DNA of 64,000 bases from Patescibacteria group bacterium (GTDB taxonomy: Bacteria; Patescibacteriota; UBA1384; 2-12-FULL-50-11). The stretch covers positions 197,190 to 261,189 of the forward strand of contig JBBUAP010000001.1 in NCBI GenBank assembly GCA_038058635.1, given 5' to 3'. Shown piece after piece: positions 27,196 through 36,209 of the stretch. The notes under the pieces are model-generated. The model ran no database searches and was not told the origin of the DNA. It worked only from the letters and a program-made list of their open reading frames with translations. A program made the translations under genes and the position numbers. Numbering within the stretch: position 1 is the first letter of the stretch; each line of letters starts with the position of its first letter.

Positions 27196-28683
27196 ATGAC
27201 ACCAACAACGATCGGCGCTTTAGCCGCGGGAATTGGCTTGGCCGCTGGATATATCGTCCGTCAGATACTACTAACACGCACGCAAGAGGATCAAGAGGGC
27301 AAGTATAAAGAATTAATTCTCCAGGGTAAAGAAGAAGCGCTCAAACTCAAAGAAGAAGTCAAAAAAGAAGAGAACGACCGTCGGAAAGAACTCGAGAAAG
27401 TCGAGTCGCAATTGCGTGAACGAGAAGTTTCAATTGAGCGTCGGATGGAAAAGATTGAGGGCGAGAAAACGGAGTTGGAAGGCAGAACCCAGCAACTAGA
27501 ACTGGCCAAAGCCGACATCACGGCCCTACACGACCAGCAGGAAAAAGAGCTGGCCAAAATCGCCAAGCTAACCAAAGACGAAGCTCGGGAGAATCTGCTC
27601 AAAGAAGTGGAGAAGGATTACGCCGAAGACATCATCCGCAAAATTCGCTCGATGAAAGAGCAGATGAAATCGCATTGGGACACCGTCGCTCGAGAGTTAA
27701 TCACAACCGCGATCGAACGACTGGCAACTGACCAAACCGCCGAGATGACGATTTTCGCTTTCCACCTACCTAACGACGAGATCAAGGGCAAAATTATTGG
27801 CAAGGAAGGTCGCAACATTCAGGCCTTTGAGAAAGCCACAGGAGTCGATTTGATTGTCGACGAAACGCCGGAAACGGTTTTGATCTCCAGTTTCGACCCA
27901 ATTCGCCGCGCCGTTGCTAGTAAAGCTCTGGGAATGCTAATTAAAGACGGTCGAATTCAGCCGGCCAAAATCGAAGAATTAGTGCTTAAAGCCCAATCGC
28001 AAGTTGAGGACGAAATCAAAGACGCAGGCGAAGCAGCCGTGGAAGAAGTGAACTTGGTCGGTATCCACCCGGAATTGGTTAAGCTACTTGGCTCGATGAA
28101 GTTCCGGACATCTTACGGCCAAAACCAACTTCAACACGCCATCGAAGTTACGCATATTGCTGCGCTTCTGGCGGAAGAAGTCGGGGCAGATATTAATATC
28201 ACTAAAAAAGGCGCTCTCCTGCACGATATCGGCAAGGCCGTTTCGCACGAGGTGCCCGGCTCGCATGTTGATGTCGGTGTCGAGCTGGCTCGCAAATACG
28301 GCATGAGCGAGGAGGTTATCCATTGTATCGAGGCCAGTCACGAGGATACCGACGCCAAAACCGTTGAAGCCATTTTATCGCGCACGGCCGATGCCATCTC
28401 TTCGGCTCGCCCTGGCGCTCGTCGTGAATCGACCGAGCAGTTTATCAAGAGGATGACGGAGCTGGAGAATGTTGCTAACTCGTTTACAGGTGTTGCTAAA
28501 TCGTTCGCCATTCAAGCCGGTCGTGAAGTGCGAATTTTGGTCAAGCCAGAGATGATTGACGATCTGACGGCGATGAAACTGTCGCGCGATATTGCGAACA
28601 AAATCGAGGCGGACTTGCAGTACCCGGGTACGGTCAAAGTTAACGTTATTCGCGAAACACGGTTTGCGGAAATAGCGAGATAA
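27196..28683 (+). CDS. rny: Ribonuclease Y
   Basis: TM, coiled coil, KH (KGKIIGKEGRNI), HD (LLHDIGKA), SARPGAR. Confidence 0.97.
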   Translation: MTPTTIGALAAGIGLAAGYIVRQILLTRTQEDQEGKYKELILQGKEEALKLKEEVKKEENDRRKELEKVESQLREREVSIERRMEKIEGEKTELEGRTQQLELAKADITALHDQQEKELAKIAKLTKDEARENLLKEVEKDYAEDIIRKIRSMKEQMKSHWDTVARELITTAIERLATDQTAEMTIFAFHLPNDEIKGKIIGKEGRNIQAFEKATGVDLIVDETPETVLISSFDPIRRAVASKALGMLIKDGRIQPAKIEELVLKAQSQVEDEIKDAGEAAVEEVNLVGIHPELVKLLGSMKFRTSYGQNQLQHAIEVTHIAALLAEEVGADINITKKGALLHDIGKAVSHEVPGSHVDVGVELARKYGMSEEVIHCIEASHEDTDAKTVEAILSRTADAISSARPGARRESTEQFIKRMTELENVANSFTGVAKSFAIQAGREVRILVKPEMIDDLTAMKLSRDIANKIEADLQYPGTVKVNVIRETRFAEIAR

Positions 28684-28687
28684 ATCT

Positions 28688-28843
28688 CGGCTTTTCAGCT
28701 GTCAGCCATCAGCTTTCAGCAGAAATAGCCCGCTAGCTCACAAATCCCAAACAAGTTCCAAATATCAAGCCACAAAGTTCGGAACAGTAAAGTCTGAGGA
28801 ATTGAGATTTGTTTAGACTTTGGGGTTTCGAGATTGGGATTTC
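28688..28843. repeat. Two heptamer-periodic elements
   Basis: TTTCAGC-TGTCAGC-CATCAGC-TTTCAGC; then AAATCCCAAACAAGTTCCAAA ... TTTGTTTAGACTTTGGGGTTTCGAGATTGGGATTT. Confidence 0.65.
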
Positions 28844-28870
28844 CATTACTTTTCGGCTACGCTGAATATA

Positions 28871-29086
28871 ATGGATCGAAGTGGGTTAGCGAAAAAGTTA
28901 GCCGAAAAAAGCCAGCTTTCGGAAGAGGAGGCGGGTAAATTCGTCGAGGCCTTAACGGAAACTTTGGCTGAATACTTCAAAAAAGGCGAAAAAGTTGTGA
29001 TCGCTGACTTCGGCAGTTTTTATGTTCGGGACGACAAAACTGTTCAATTCAACCCCTCGGCAAAACTCAAAGACCAGGTCGGGTAG
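28871..29086 (+). CDS. HU/IHF-family DNA-binding protein, short form
   Basis: MDRSGLAKKLA, GEKVVIADFGSF, VQFNPSAKLKDQV. Confidence 0.85.
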   Translation: MDRSGLAKKLAEKSQLSEEEAGKFVEALTETLAEYFKKGEKVVIADFGSFYVRDDKTVQFNPSAKLKDQVG

Positions 29087-29125
29087 TCCCCACAGTTTCG
29101 ACTTTTGACCTTTGAGTTATTTCTG

Positions 29126-29198
29126 TGCCCTCGGCAGGAGTTGCACCTGCGACCATTTCCTTAGGACGGAACTGCTCTATCTACTGAGCTACGAGGGC
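29126..29198 (-). tRNA. tRNA-Arg(CCU)
   Basis: GCCCTCG/CGAGGGC, loop GTCCTAA, T-loop TGCAACT. Confidence 0.88.
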
Positions 29199-29247
29199 GA
29201 ACGAAGTGAGCCCTAGTAGTGTAAGTAGAATTAGACTGAAAGTCGAA

Positions 29248-29268
29248 TATCCACTGAGCTACGAGGGC
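29248..29268 (-). repeat. Upstream duplicate of the tRNA-Arg 5' end
   Basis: GCCCTCGTAGCTCAGTGGATA vs tRNA GCCCTCGTAGCTCAGTAGATA. Confidence 0.85.
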
Positions 29269-29294
29269 TTGAGTCTAGCTTAAACTAAAGTTCT

Positions 29295-29320
29295 GGGTGG
29301 CGGGGGAATCCCCGCCACCC
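29295..29320. terminator. Perfect GC-rich hairpin after the 65-aa ORF
   Basis: GGGTGGCGGGG-GAAT-CCCCGCCACCC; no clear U tract. Confidence 0.5.
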
Positions 29321-29339
29321 TGGTTCGTTCGACAGATGC

Positions 29340-29537
29340 CTACTCGTCTTCGAGAAGGTCTATACCCATCGCTCGGAAGCACCCTCTGATCGTTTCGCAC
29401 CCTTGCTGATCGCGACTCTCCGGTTGTTCCAAAGTTTCCCGAGGAGCCTCAACAGCTGGTTCGATCTTGTTCTTAGGGTCTTCAAAGCGCGCCTGGCGAA
29501 CTGCTGACGATAATGCGGTCAGGACCGCTGTTAGCAT
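29340..29537 (-). CDS. Hypothetical 65-aa protein
   Basis: AGGAG/AAGGA RBS, upstream TTGACT box, downstream hairpin. Confidence 0.5.
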   Translation of the reverse strand: MLTAVLTALSSAVRQARFEDPKNKIEPAVEAPRETLEQPESRDQQGCETIRGCFRAMGIDLLEDE

Positions 29538-29622
29538 TCCTTGCTCCTGCTGTCAGTCTAAACGCCGCTTGCTGCGTTCAATTAAAGAACGTTACAGGTT
29601 ATAATGTCGGAAGTCAAGTTAA

Positions 29623-29695
29623 CGGGCTGTAGCGCAGTTGGTAGCGCGCGTCGTTCGGGACGACGAGGTCGTGAGTTCGAGTCTCATCAGCCCGA
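29623..29695 (+). tRNA. tRNA-Pro(CGG)
   Basis: CGGGCTG/CAGCCCG, CGTCG-TTCGGGA-CGACG. Confidence 0.93.
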
Positions 29696-29772
29696 CTAAA
29701 AAAGTGCGTGGTCACCCCGACCATTCAAAAATGGTATTTTCGCCGAGGATATATTTTGTTACTCTTGAGTTA

Positions 29773-30795
29773 ATGCCTCAAAAGATCGACATCACCAACT
29801 CCACCCTCATCCGTTTCATCCTCATTCTGCTGTCCCTGTGGTTTGTCTATTATATTCGCGATGTTTTTGTCCTGCTTTTCCTAGTTCTAATCATCGTCGC
29901 CGGACTTTCGCCAACCGTGGATCGGTGGGCCAAGAACATCACTCGACCCGGAGCAGTTATCTCGGTCTTTTTACTGATTTTCGTGGTGCTGGCGGCAATC
30001 TTTTCACTGCTGGTGCCGCCGCTGATCGAACAGATGCAGGAGTTTAGCGTTAATCTACCCACCTATGCCGAGTCACTTGACCGTCAAGGCGATGGGTTTT
30101 TACCTCAATTAACCGACCTGATTGTCAAAAATATCAACCAACTATCTGGCTCGCTCGGTAACATTGGCCAGCTGCTATTTTCTAAAACCGTCGGTGTTAT
30201 CAGCGGGGTGGTAGCGGTTATCACCGTTCTCGTGTTGACCTTCTATCTTCTGCTCGAAGAAGAGGGCTTGAAGAAAATCTATCGCGGTCTACTGCCGGCT
30301 GGCCATCACGAAGCTTTGAGCGAAACAACGCGCAAAATCGCTTCCAAACTTGGCGCCTGGTTGCGCGGTCAACTATTCCTGATGTTTGTCGTGGGCGCTT
30401 TCAGCACTATCGGTCTCTTTATCGTCGGCTCTCCTTACGCCCTCACTTTGGGTTTGTGGTCGGGCTTGACCGAAGTCATTCCAATTCTCGGCCCCTGGAT
30501 TGGCGCCATTCCTGGAGTTGTTGTAGGCCTAGCGGAGTCACCGCTCCAAGGTTTTCTAACCCTAATGGTTTATGTTGTGGTTCAGCAACTTGAGGGCAAT
30601 GTCTTGGTCCCACGCATCATGTCCAAAGCCGTTGGTCTCAACCCCTTTATTGTTATTCTGGCCATTCTCATTGGCGGCAAGCTTTACGGCTTGATGGGGG
30701 TGCTACTTTCGGTACCGCTGGCGGCGGCAATTTCGGTTGTAGCTGAAGACTGGCCTTTAATCCGCGACACATTCTCCGGTCGGCAAAAGAACTGA
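29773..30795 (+). CDS. AI-2E family transporter
   Basis: WLRGQL, IPILGPWIG, QQLEGNVLVPRIMSKAVGLNP; start corrected to avoid the tRNA. Confidence 0.92.
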   Translation: MPQKIDITNSTLIRFILILLSLWFVYYIRDVFVLLFLVLIIVAGLSPTVDRWAKNITRPGAVISVFLLIFVVLAAIFSLLVPPLIEQMQEFSVNLPTYAESLDRQGDGFLPQLTDLIVKNINQLSGSLGNIGQLLFSKTVGVISGVVAVITVLVLTFYLLLEEEGLKKIYRGLLPAGHHEALSETTRKIASKLGAWLRGQLFLMFVVGAFSTIGLFIVGSPYALTLGLWSGLTEVIPILGPWIGAIPGVVVGLAESPLQGFLTLMVYVVVQQLEGNVLVPRIMSKAVGLNPFIVILAILIGGKLYGLMGVLLSVPLAAAISVVAEDWPLIRDTFSGRQKN

Positions 30796-30814
30796 CCTCG
30801 GTCACTCCTGACTG

Positions 30815-31954
30815 ATGAACATCCTCATCGGCTCCGTCACTTACCCGCTAGCCAACGGCGTCACTACCTCGATCAATACTAGTGTTGATGGATTTCTGGC
30901 GGCCGGACACCAGGTGGCGATAATTGCCCCGCGCTACGACGATATTGGCAAGGCTCGACCCGAACACCATCCAATCACTTCTTCGGAAATTGGTCGCTGG
31001 TTTATGTCGGCACTCCATAAAAAGGAACGCCTTTTTTCGGTCACTAGCGCCGGTGACGAGATTGAAAAAATTGTCGAAGATTTCCAGCCGGACGCTTTTT
31101 GGCTTCATACCCTGACTTGGGCGCCCAACGCTTTCGAAAAAGCGATGCAGAAATCGGACCGGCCGAGCGTCCTGACTTATCACACCCTCGTTGAAGATTA
31201 CGGCCGGGCTTACGCCGGCGAGATCGGCGCTTGGCGAATGCGAACTCGCTCTCGAGATGTCGCCAGCGAGATGGACGCGGTTATTGTGCCAAGCTCGGTC
31301 ATTGCCAAGCGTTTGTCGCTCTACGGCGTCAGGAAAGATATGGATGTCATTCCAACAGGCATTCATATTCCCAAGACTTCCTACACCAAGCATGAGATCG
31401 CCGAACGATTTCATTTTCCAGCCGATGCCACCCTACTATTATATGTCGGCCGAGTCTCTCGAGAGAAGAATATTACTAAACTGATTCAAATGACCCAGCC
31501 ACTCCTGCAGGATCAGAAAACTGTCCTAATGTTGGTTGGCCCGGGAGATTTAGTCGAGACACAGACTCAAGCCCAAAAATGGGGCGTTGGTCGACAAGTG
31601 ATTTGTGCTGGCGCCCTGCCTAAAGAGGACACTCAAAAAATTTACGGCGCCGCCGATGCCTTTGTCTTTGCTTCGCAGACCGAAACCCAAGGACTGGTCA
31701 TCGGCGAAGCGATGCTGGCCGAGACGCCGGTTGTTGCTCTTTACTCACCGATTCAACCAGAGATCTACCCTGATCATGTTGCCGTCGTCGTTCACGATCC
31801 GCGACAGTTTGCTAATTCAGCCAAAGAGATATTGGCAGACGATGCGGGCCGAAAAATCTTAACCACCACGGCCAAAAAATTTGTCGAAGACAATTTTTCC
31901 ATCGACGGTATGATCACCAAACAAATCGCCCTGTTCGAGCGACTAATCGGCTGA
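30815..31954 (+). CDS. Glycosyltransferase family 4
   Basis: YPLANGVTTSI, TYHT, YVGRVSREKNI, FVFASQTETQGLVIGEAM. Confidence 0.92.
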   Translation: MNILIGSVTYPLANGVTTSINTSVDGFLAAGHQVAIIAPRYDDIGKARPEHHPITSSEIGRWFMSALHKKERLFSVTSAGDEIEKIVEDFQPDAFWLHTLTWAPNAFEKAMQKSDRPSVLTYHTLVEDYGRAYAGEIGAWRMRTRSRDVASEMDAVIVPSSVIAKRLSLYGVRKDMDVIPTGIHIPKTSYTKHEIAERFHFPADATLLLYVGRVSREKNITKLIQMTQPLLQDQKTVLMLVGPGDLVETQTQAQKWGVGRQVICAGALPKEDTQKIYGAADAFVFASQTETQGLVIGEAMLAETPVVALYSPIQPEIYPDHVAVVVHDPRQFANSAKEILADDAGRKILTTTAKKFVEDNFSIDGMITKQIALFERLIG

Positions 31955-31971
31955 ATGTGGACAGGATAGTC

Positions 31972-32631
31972 CTATTGATAGTTGCTGAAAATTCCTCTGG
32001 TCCAGCCAGTTATTTTTAACAAAAGATTGGCGTCGCACACATATATATCAAAAGTCCCGAGAGGCAAGCTATCTCTTTTGCCTCGACTTGATACAATCAT
32101 TTTTCGGTAGGTTTTATAGAATTTGTCTAAACTGATACCGCTAACTTTCGACCAGTGTTTTTCAGCCAATTTGTAGTCTAAATGGGGATGGATATGAAGA
32201 TATCCGCGAAACTTATCTTTAGGAACTTTGCATATCTTTTTAAAAAATACCATCATTATCTTTATCATTTCAGGGTCACCATTTGAGAATCTAACCATGC
32301 TTTGAGTTTTGCCTCCTTCTGCCCAGTAGAGCATTGTTCCGACCAACCACAACTCCTTGTTGCTGAGTCTAGAAATCTCATTCTGGGCATTAGAGATCAC
32401 TAAGTTTCTCTTGCCCAATTCATTGCGTAGTCGAGTTGCCCTCCTCCTCTCGACTACTTCAGCATTGGTGTGGTTCGCGATTAATCGCATCTTCTGCTCG
32501 CTCGTTAGCTCGATGTCTCTAACCCAGAGGCTTATGCTACTTTTGGCAACTCCTAGTCTCTTGGTAATTTCCTTGAGAGAGTGACCTTGCCGTCTCAATT
32601 CCTGAGCTTTTAGTTTTTCAATCTTCTTCAT
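31972..32631 (-). CDS. HTH plus single LAGLIDADG-like domain protein downstream of tRNA-Val
   Basis: AQELRRQGHSLKEI...LGVAKSSISLWV; VGTMLYWAEGGK...VRFSNGDP. Confidence 0.8.
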   Translation of the reverse strand: MKKIEKLKAQELRRQGHSLKEITKRLGVAKSSISLWVRDIELTSEQKMRLIANHTNAEVVERRRATRLRNELGKRNLVISNAQNEISRLSNKELWLVGTMLYWAEGGKTQSMVRFSNGDPEMIKIMMVFFKKICKVPKDKFRGYLHIHPHLDYKLAEKHWSKVSGISLDKFYKTYRKMIVSSRGKRDSLPLGTFDIYVCDANLLLKITGWTRGIFSNYQ

Positions 32632-32691
32632 CTACAAAACCGCTGAGTACATTACTACTTAAGCGTAACTCAGGAGTTCGAAATGTCAATG

Positions 32692-32764
32692 TGGGTGGTA
32701 GAGGGCTCGAACCTCTGACCCCTTGAGTGTAAATCAAGTGCTCTACCAACTGAGCTAACCACCC
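32692..32764 (-). tRNA. tRNA-Val(UAC)
   Basis: GGGTGGT/ACCACCC, CTTGA-TTTACAC-TCAAG. Confidence 0.93.
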
Positions 32765-32768
32765 ATCG

Positions 32769-32851
32769 TGCCGGGGGCGGGAGTCGAACCCGCACGCCCT
32801 TTCGAGCAGAGAATTTTAAGTCCTCCGTGGCTGCCATTACACCACCCCGGC
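32769..32851 (-). tRNA. tRNA-Leu(UAA)
   Basis: GCCGGGG/CCCCGGC, GAGGA-CTTAAAA-TTCTC, long variable arm. Confidence 0.93.
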
Positions 32852-32855
32852 ATTT

Positions 32856-33824
32856 TTACTTTTTTTCTGCTTTCTTGACTGCAGTTTTGCGTACGACGCC
32901 CCCTATTGTACCGGAAACCAGCGCCTCTGTCGCTAAGAAACCGGCCACTTTTCGGCCGCCGTTGCCACCCAAAAGTTTAGCTAAACGACCAACATTGAAG
33001 GTCCGGCTTCGGGTTCGTAAACTTCCGCGCCAACCGTCATCAGTTTCCACTAGCACCAGCGTTGCCTTAGTGCCTTCGATTGAACATAGATATTTCGCCA
33101 AACCAGCTAGGTCGGTTTCGGTGGCGCTGGTTTTGGCGAGCGTCGCTTTACTAACCCGGGCGACGGCGATGCCGAGCGAATTAATCGAAACTGATCCCAA
33201 CACTTCTCCCCACAATCGCATCTTTTTCAGTTCCCGATGCGGCTCCAAAGTTGAGCGCAGGCGTTGATAATCGGCGCCTTGACGAACCAATCTTGCCGCC
33301 AATCGGAGCGTGTCGCTGGAAGTATTGGCGTACTGAAAACCGCCGGTATCGGTATGAATTCCCAGCAACAAGGCCGTTGCGACACCAGAGGTAATCGGCA
33401 GACGCAATTCATCGATAATATTGGCGACCATTTCGCAGGTCGATGACGCCTTAGGATCACGATAATACTCGTTGGCGATTGTCGCTAAATCACCCATTTG
33501 ATGATGATCAATGACGATGATCTTATGGCGCTTGGCTAACCGCGTCAGCTCTGACGCAAAACCGGTCCGTTTAAGGTCAGGGCAGTCGAGCACGACAAAT
33601 AGACCGGCGCTCGGCGACAACGATGAATCGATCGAAAATGGACCAAGCGCCTCGGTAAAGACGCCGGCGATCGGACTGACGCAAGCCAGTTTTATCTTTT
33701 TTTCGGGCAGGGCTCGTACTAGCGCCAAAGCCGAACCGATAGCGTCGCCGTCGGGATGTTGATGGAGAATCAAGACGAGCGAGTGTGCGAGGCGAAGCGA
33801 TCCGGCAATCGACTTCGCTGACAT
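32856..33824 (-). CDS. DHH-family phosphoesterase (NrnA-like)
   Basis: HQHPDGDAIGS, LD, IDHH, GIHTDTG; C-terminal GGGH reads GNGGR. Confidence 0.9.
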   Translation of the reverse strand: MSAKSIAGSLRLAHSLVLILHQHPDGDAIGSALALVRALPEKKIKLACVSPIAGVFTEALGPFSIDSSLSPSAGLFVVLDCPDLKRTGFASELTRLAKRHKIIVIDHHQMGDLATIANEYYRDPKASSTCEMVANIIDELRLPITSGVATALLLGIHTDTGGFQYANTSSDTLRLAARLVRQGADYQRLRSTLEPHRELKKMRLWGEVLGSVSINSLGIAVARVSKATLAKTSATETDLAGLAKYLCSIEGTKATLVLVETDDGWRGSLRTRSRTFNVGRLAKLLGGNGGRKVAGFLATEALVSGTIGGVVRKTAVKKAEKK

Positions 33825-34285
33825 CAGGCGAGAACAATGTACTCTCGGCCCTCCTCTGGCATGGTAGTATCGGATATTTTTGCGCTCTCAACAGGGTCAG
33901 ATTTAATCGATCCCTTAACTTCTTCGACATCAGACTTGGCGCTGACGATAACTAAATTCGGGTCGTACTTTTCGAGCGTCTCATTAAAGAAAGTTTTGTT
34001 TAAGATCGGCAAGGATTGGCTGAAAATGACGACATCGCTGGGAGAAAATTGGGCTTTTTCAAAGGCGGTTGGTTTGTCGGCGCCAAAGACATAAACAATT
34101 TGAAGTTTGTCCCAGACGATTAGAGCGGCCGACTGGCCGTAAACAATTTCGACGCCATCGGCTTCATATTCGCCTGGCTCGTCGACGGTGAGCTCACCAA
34201 GCTCAATCTTTCGTTCAGCCAACGTTAATTTTTGCTGGGTATTCTTCAGCTCGAAACCGGTTGCGTTTGTTTTGGCTTGGAGCAT
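33824..34285 (-). CDS. Degenerate MBL-fold-like hypothetical protein
   Basis: VDEPGEYEADGVEI motif; no HxHxDH. Confidence 0.6.
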   Translation of the reverse strand: MLQAKTNATGFELKNTQQKLTLAERKIELGELTVDEPGEYEADGVEIVYGQSAALIVWDKLQIVYVFGADKPTAFEKAQFSPSDVVIFSQSLPILNKTFFNETLEKYDPNLVIVSAKSDVEEVKGSIKSDPVESAKISDTTMPEEGREYIVLA

Positions 34286-34294
34286 TTCTGTTGA

Positions 34295-35374
34295 TTACTT
34301 TTTAGTGGAGTCGGCCAGTTTCAGGGAGATTTTGCGGAGCTCTGGCTCAATCGTCACGACTTCAAACGAATAGGTCTGGCCGTCTTTAATAACGCTGTCC
34401 GGCTTGGCGCCTTCTGGCATTTGACTGACATGGAACAAGCCCTCGAGATTGTCGCTCAAACGAACGAACGCGCCATAAGGAGTAACGCGAGTAATTTGGC
34501 CGTCAATGATTTGGCCGACGGTTAGATTTTTGATCTCGCTCTGCCATGGATCTGGTTGAAGTTTCTTCATCGATAGCGAGACGCGTCCACCTTCGACGCT
34601 CACAACTTCCGCTTCGACTTCCTGACCGGCTGTGAAGTGGTCACGCAAATTGCTAATTCTCTGCCAGGAAACTTGGGAAATGTGCACTAGTGCCTCTAGG
34701 CCGCCGATGTCGACGAACAAGCCGAAATCGACAATGCCAGTAACTTTGCCTTTGACCTGCTGGCCAACTTCAAAGCTTAGGGCTTTCTCTTCTAAATCAG
34801 CATCGCCAGCCGCTTTTTCGGAAAAGACGATTTTATTGGTTGGTTTGTCGTAAGACATAATCTTAACATCGATGGTCTGACCGATTAGCTCCATCAGTTT
34901 GGTTTGAATCTGGCTGCGGTCGCCGTTAACGCGCGGGTAGTGTTTGGCCGAAAGTTGGCTGACAGGAATAAAACCTTGCATATCGCCGTACTGGGCGACG
35001 AGGCCGCCTTTGTTGGCTTGAATAACCTTAACGCTGATTGCTTCGCCTTCGGTATTGCGCTTTTCGAGCATGCCCCAAAGCTTTTCCTTCTCGGCTTTTT
35101 TGAGCGATAGAATGACATAGCCGTTATCGTTTTCGGTCGTTAGCACATAGGCACGGATCGTGTCGCCGGCTTTAAAACGGGCGGCGTCGGCCGAAAGCTC
35201 TTTTTCCGGAATGATGCCGGTTGCCAGTCCCGCGACATCAACCAGGATATGGTCTTTGGTCGTGGAGATAACCGTTACATCAATAACTTCACCGTCGGTA
35301 AACGGTACGAGTGTGTCGCCGAGTAATTCGACGAGTGCATCCATGGTAGTTGGGCTGGCTAGTGTTTTAGGCAT
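34295..35374 (-). CDS. rpsA: Ribosomal protein S1 (four S1 domains)
   Basis: NKGGL, GFIPVSQL, DFGLFVDIGG.EALVHISQVSW, YGAFV. Confidence 0.93.
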   Translation of the reverse strand: MPKTLASPTTMDALVELLGDTLVPFTDGEVIDVTVISTTKDHILVDVAGLATGIIPEKELSADAARFKAGDTIRAYVLTTENDNGYVILSLKKAEKEKLWGMLEKRNTEGEAISVKVIQANKGGLVAQYGDMQGFIPVSQLSAKHYPRVNGDRSQIQTKLMELIGQTIDVKIMSYDKPTNKIVFSEKAAGDADLEEKALSFEVGQQVKGKVTGIVDFGLFVDIGGLEALVHISQVSWQRISNLRDHFTAGQEVEAEVVSVEGGRVSLSMKKLQPDPWQSEIKNLTVGQIIDGQITRVTPYGAFVRLSDNLEGLFHVSQMPEGAKPDSVIKDGQTYSFEVVTIEPELRKISLKLADSTKK

Positions 35375-35376
35375 AA

Positions 35377-35883
35377 TTAATTCTTCTTTTTGTTGGGAGA
35401 CTTTTCTTTGCTCTTTGGAATATACCTGAAGAAGCGTTCTCTTTCAAGGTAGTCACGGCGTTTAGCGGGGGCGACGCGTCGTTGATAGAAGGCGACCCAA
35501 CCAATCCAGACGATAATTACCACCAGACTGGCCAGAATGACCAGCCGACTTGAAAGATAAGTAATTGCTTGGGAGCGGAAAAAGGCGTAGCTGATGGCGA
35601 TAATAATAATGAAAGCGACGATGTTGGCGAGTTGATTGATCGGGGCCTCGTAGATCGGCACGGACGCTTGGGCGAGCTTGAGTCGTCGGCGCCAAATGCT
35701 TAATCCGACGATTAGCGCGATTACTAACAAGATGGTTGTCAGGCCGTACGAGGTTTGCGGCGACAGCCCTGTTTCGCTCCAGTAGCTCCAACTGAAGAGA
35801 TTCTTTAAATCAGCCCAAGCAAAGCGTTGGGAATCGAGATAGTTACCGATGGTGGCGAAACGGCTGGTGAAAAAATTGCTCAT
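35377..35883 (-). CDS. Hypothetical three-TM membrane protein
   Basis: Hydrophobic segments, FFR.Q.I.YLS.R, RYIPK. Confidence 0.75.
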   Translation of the reverse strand: MSNFFTSRFATIGNYLDSQRFAWADLKNLFSWSYWSETGLSPQTSYGLTTILLVIALIVGLSIWRRRLKLAQASVPIYEAPINQLANIVAFIIIIAISYAFFRSQAITYLSSRLVILASLVVIIVWIGWVAFYQRRVAPAKRRDYLERERFFRYIPKSKEKSPNKKKN

Positions 35884-36209
35884 CAGCTGATTTTACCCCC
35901 CGGTTCCACTTTTGTCACTGGTGTCAGCATTACCGGAGCATCTTCGTTCGAAGCGCAGAGCATCATCCCCTGGCTCGTCACGCCGGCCAATTCTTTTGGC
36001 TCGAGATTAGTTAAGAACGGCGCCTGCTCGCCAACGAGTGTGGCCGGATCTTCGATGGTTTTGCCGATGCCAGCCAAAATGGTTCGAGATTCATCGCCAA
36101 AATCCACTGTTAGTTTCAGCAGTTTTTTAGAGTCCTCTAACCGCTCGGCCTGCGTGATGGTGCCGATACGAATGTCTAGTTTTTGGAAATCTTCGATGGA
36201 GATAATCAT
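35883..36209 (-). CDS. Stand-alone tRNA-binding OB-fold protein (MetG C-terminal/Trbp111/CsaA)
   Basis: ISIEDFQKLDIRIG, KLLKL.VDFG, NLEP....G..SQGM. Confidence 0.92.
   Translation of the reverse strand: MIISIEDFQKLDIRIGTITQAERLEDSKKLLKLTVDFGDESRTILAGIGKTIEDPATLVGEQAPFLTNLEPKELAGVTSQGMMLCASNEDAPVMLTPVTKVEPGGKIS

Noticed and set aside
29638-29772. N-terminal extensions of the AI-2E ORF (and of the CYTH ORF at 36770..36814)
   Set aside because: They run through tRNA genes; better starts exist at 29773 and 36769
9285-32780. 13-bp match GTGCCGGGGGCGG to the tRNA-Leu 3' end as attL/attR of a 23-kb island
   Set aside because: The interval holds core genes (ftsH, murJ, lepA, rny) and no integrase; better explained as a local relic of the tRNA-Met 3' end or as chance
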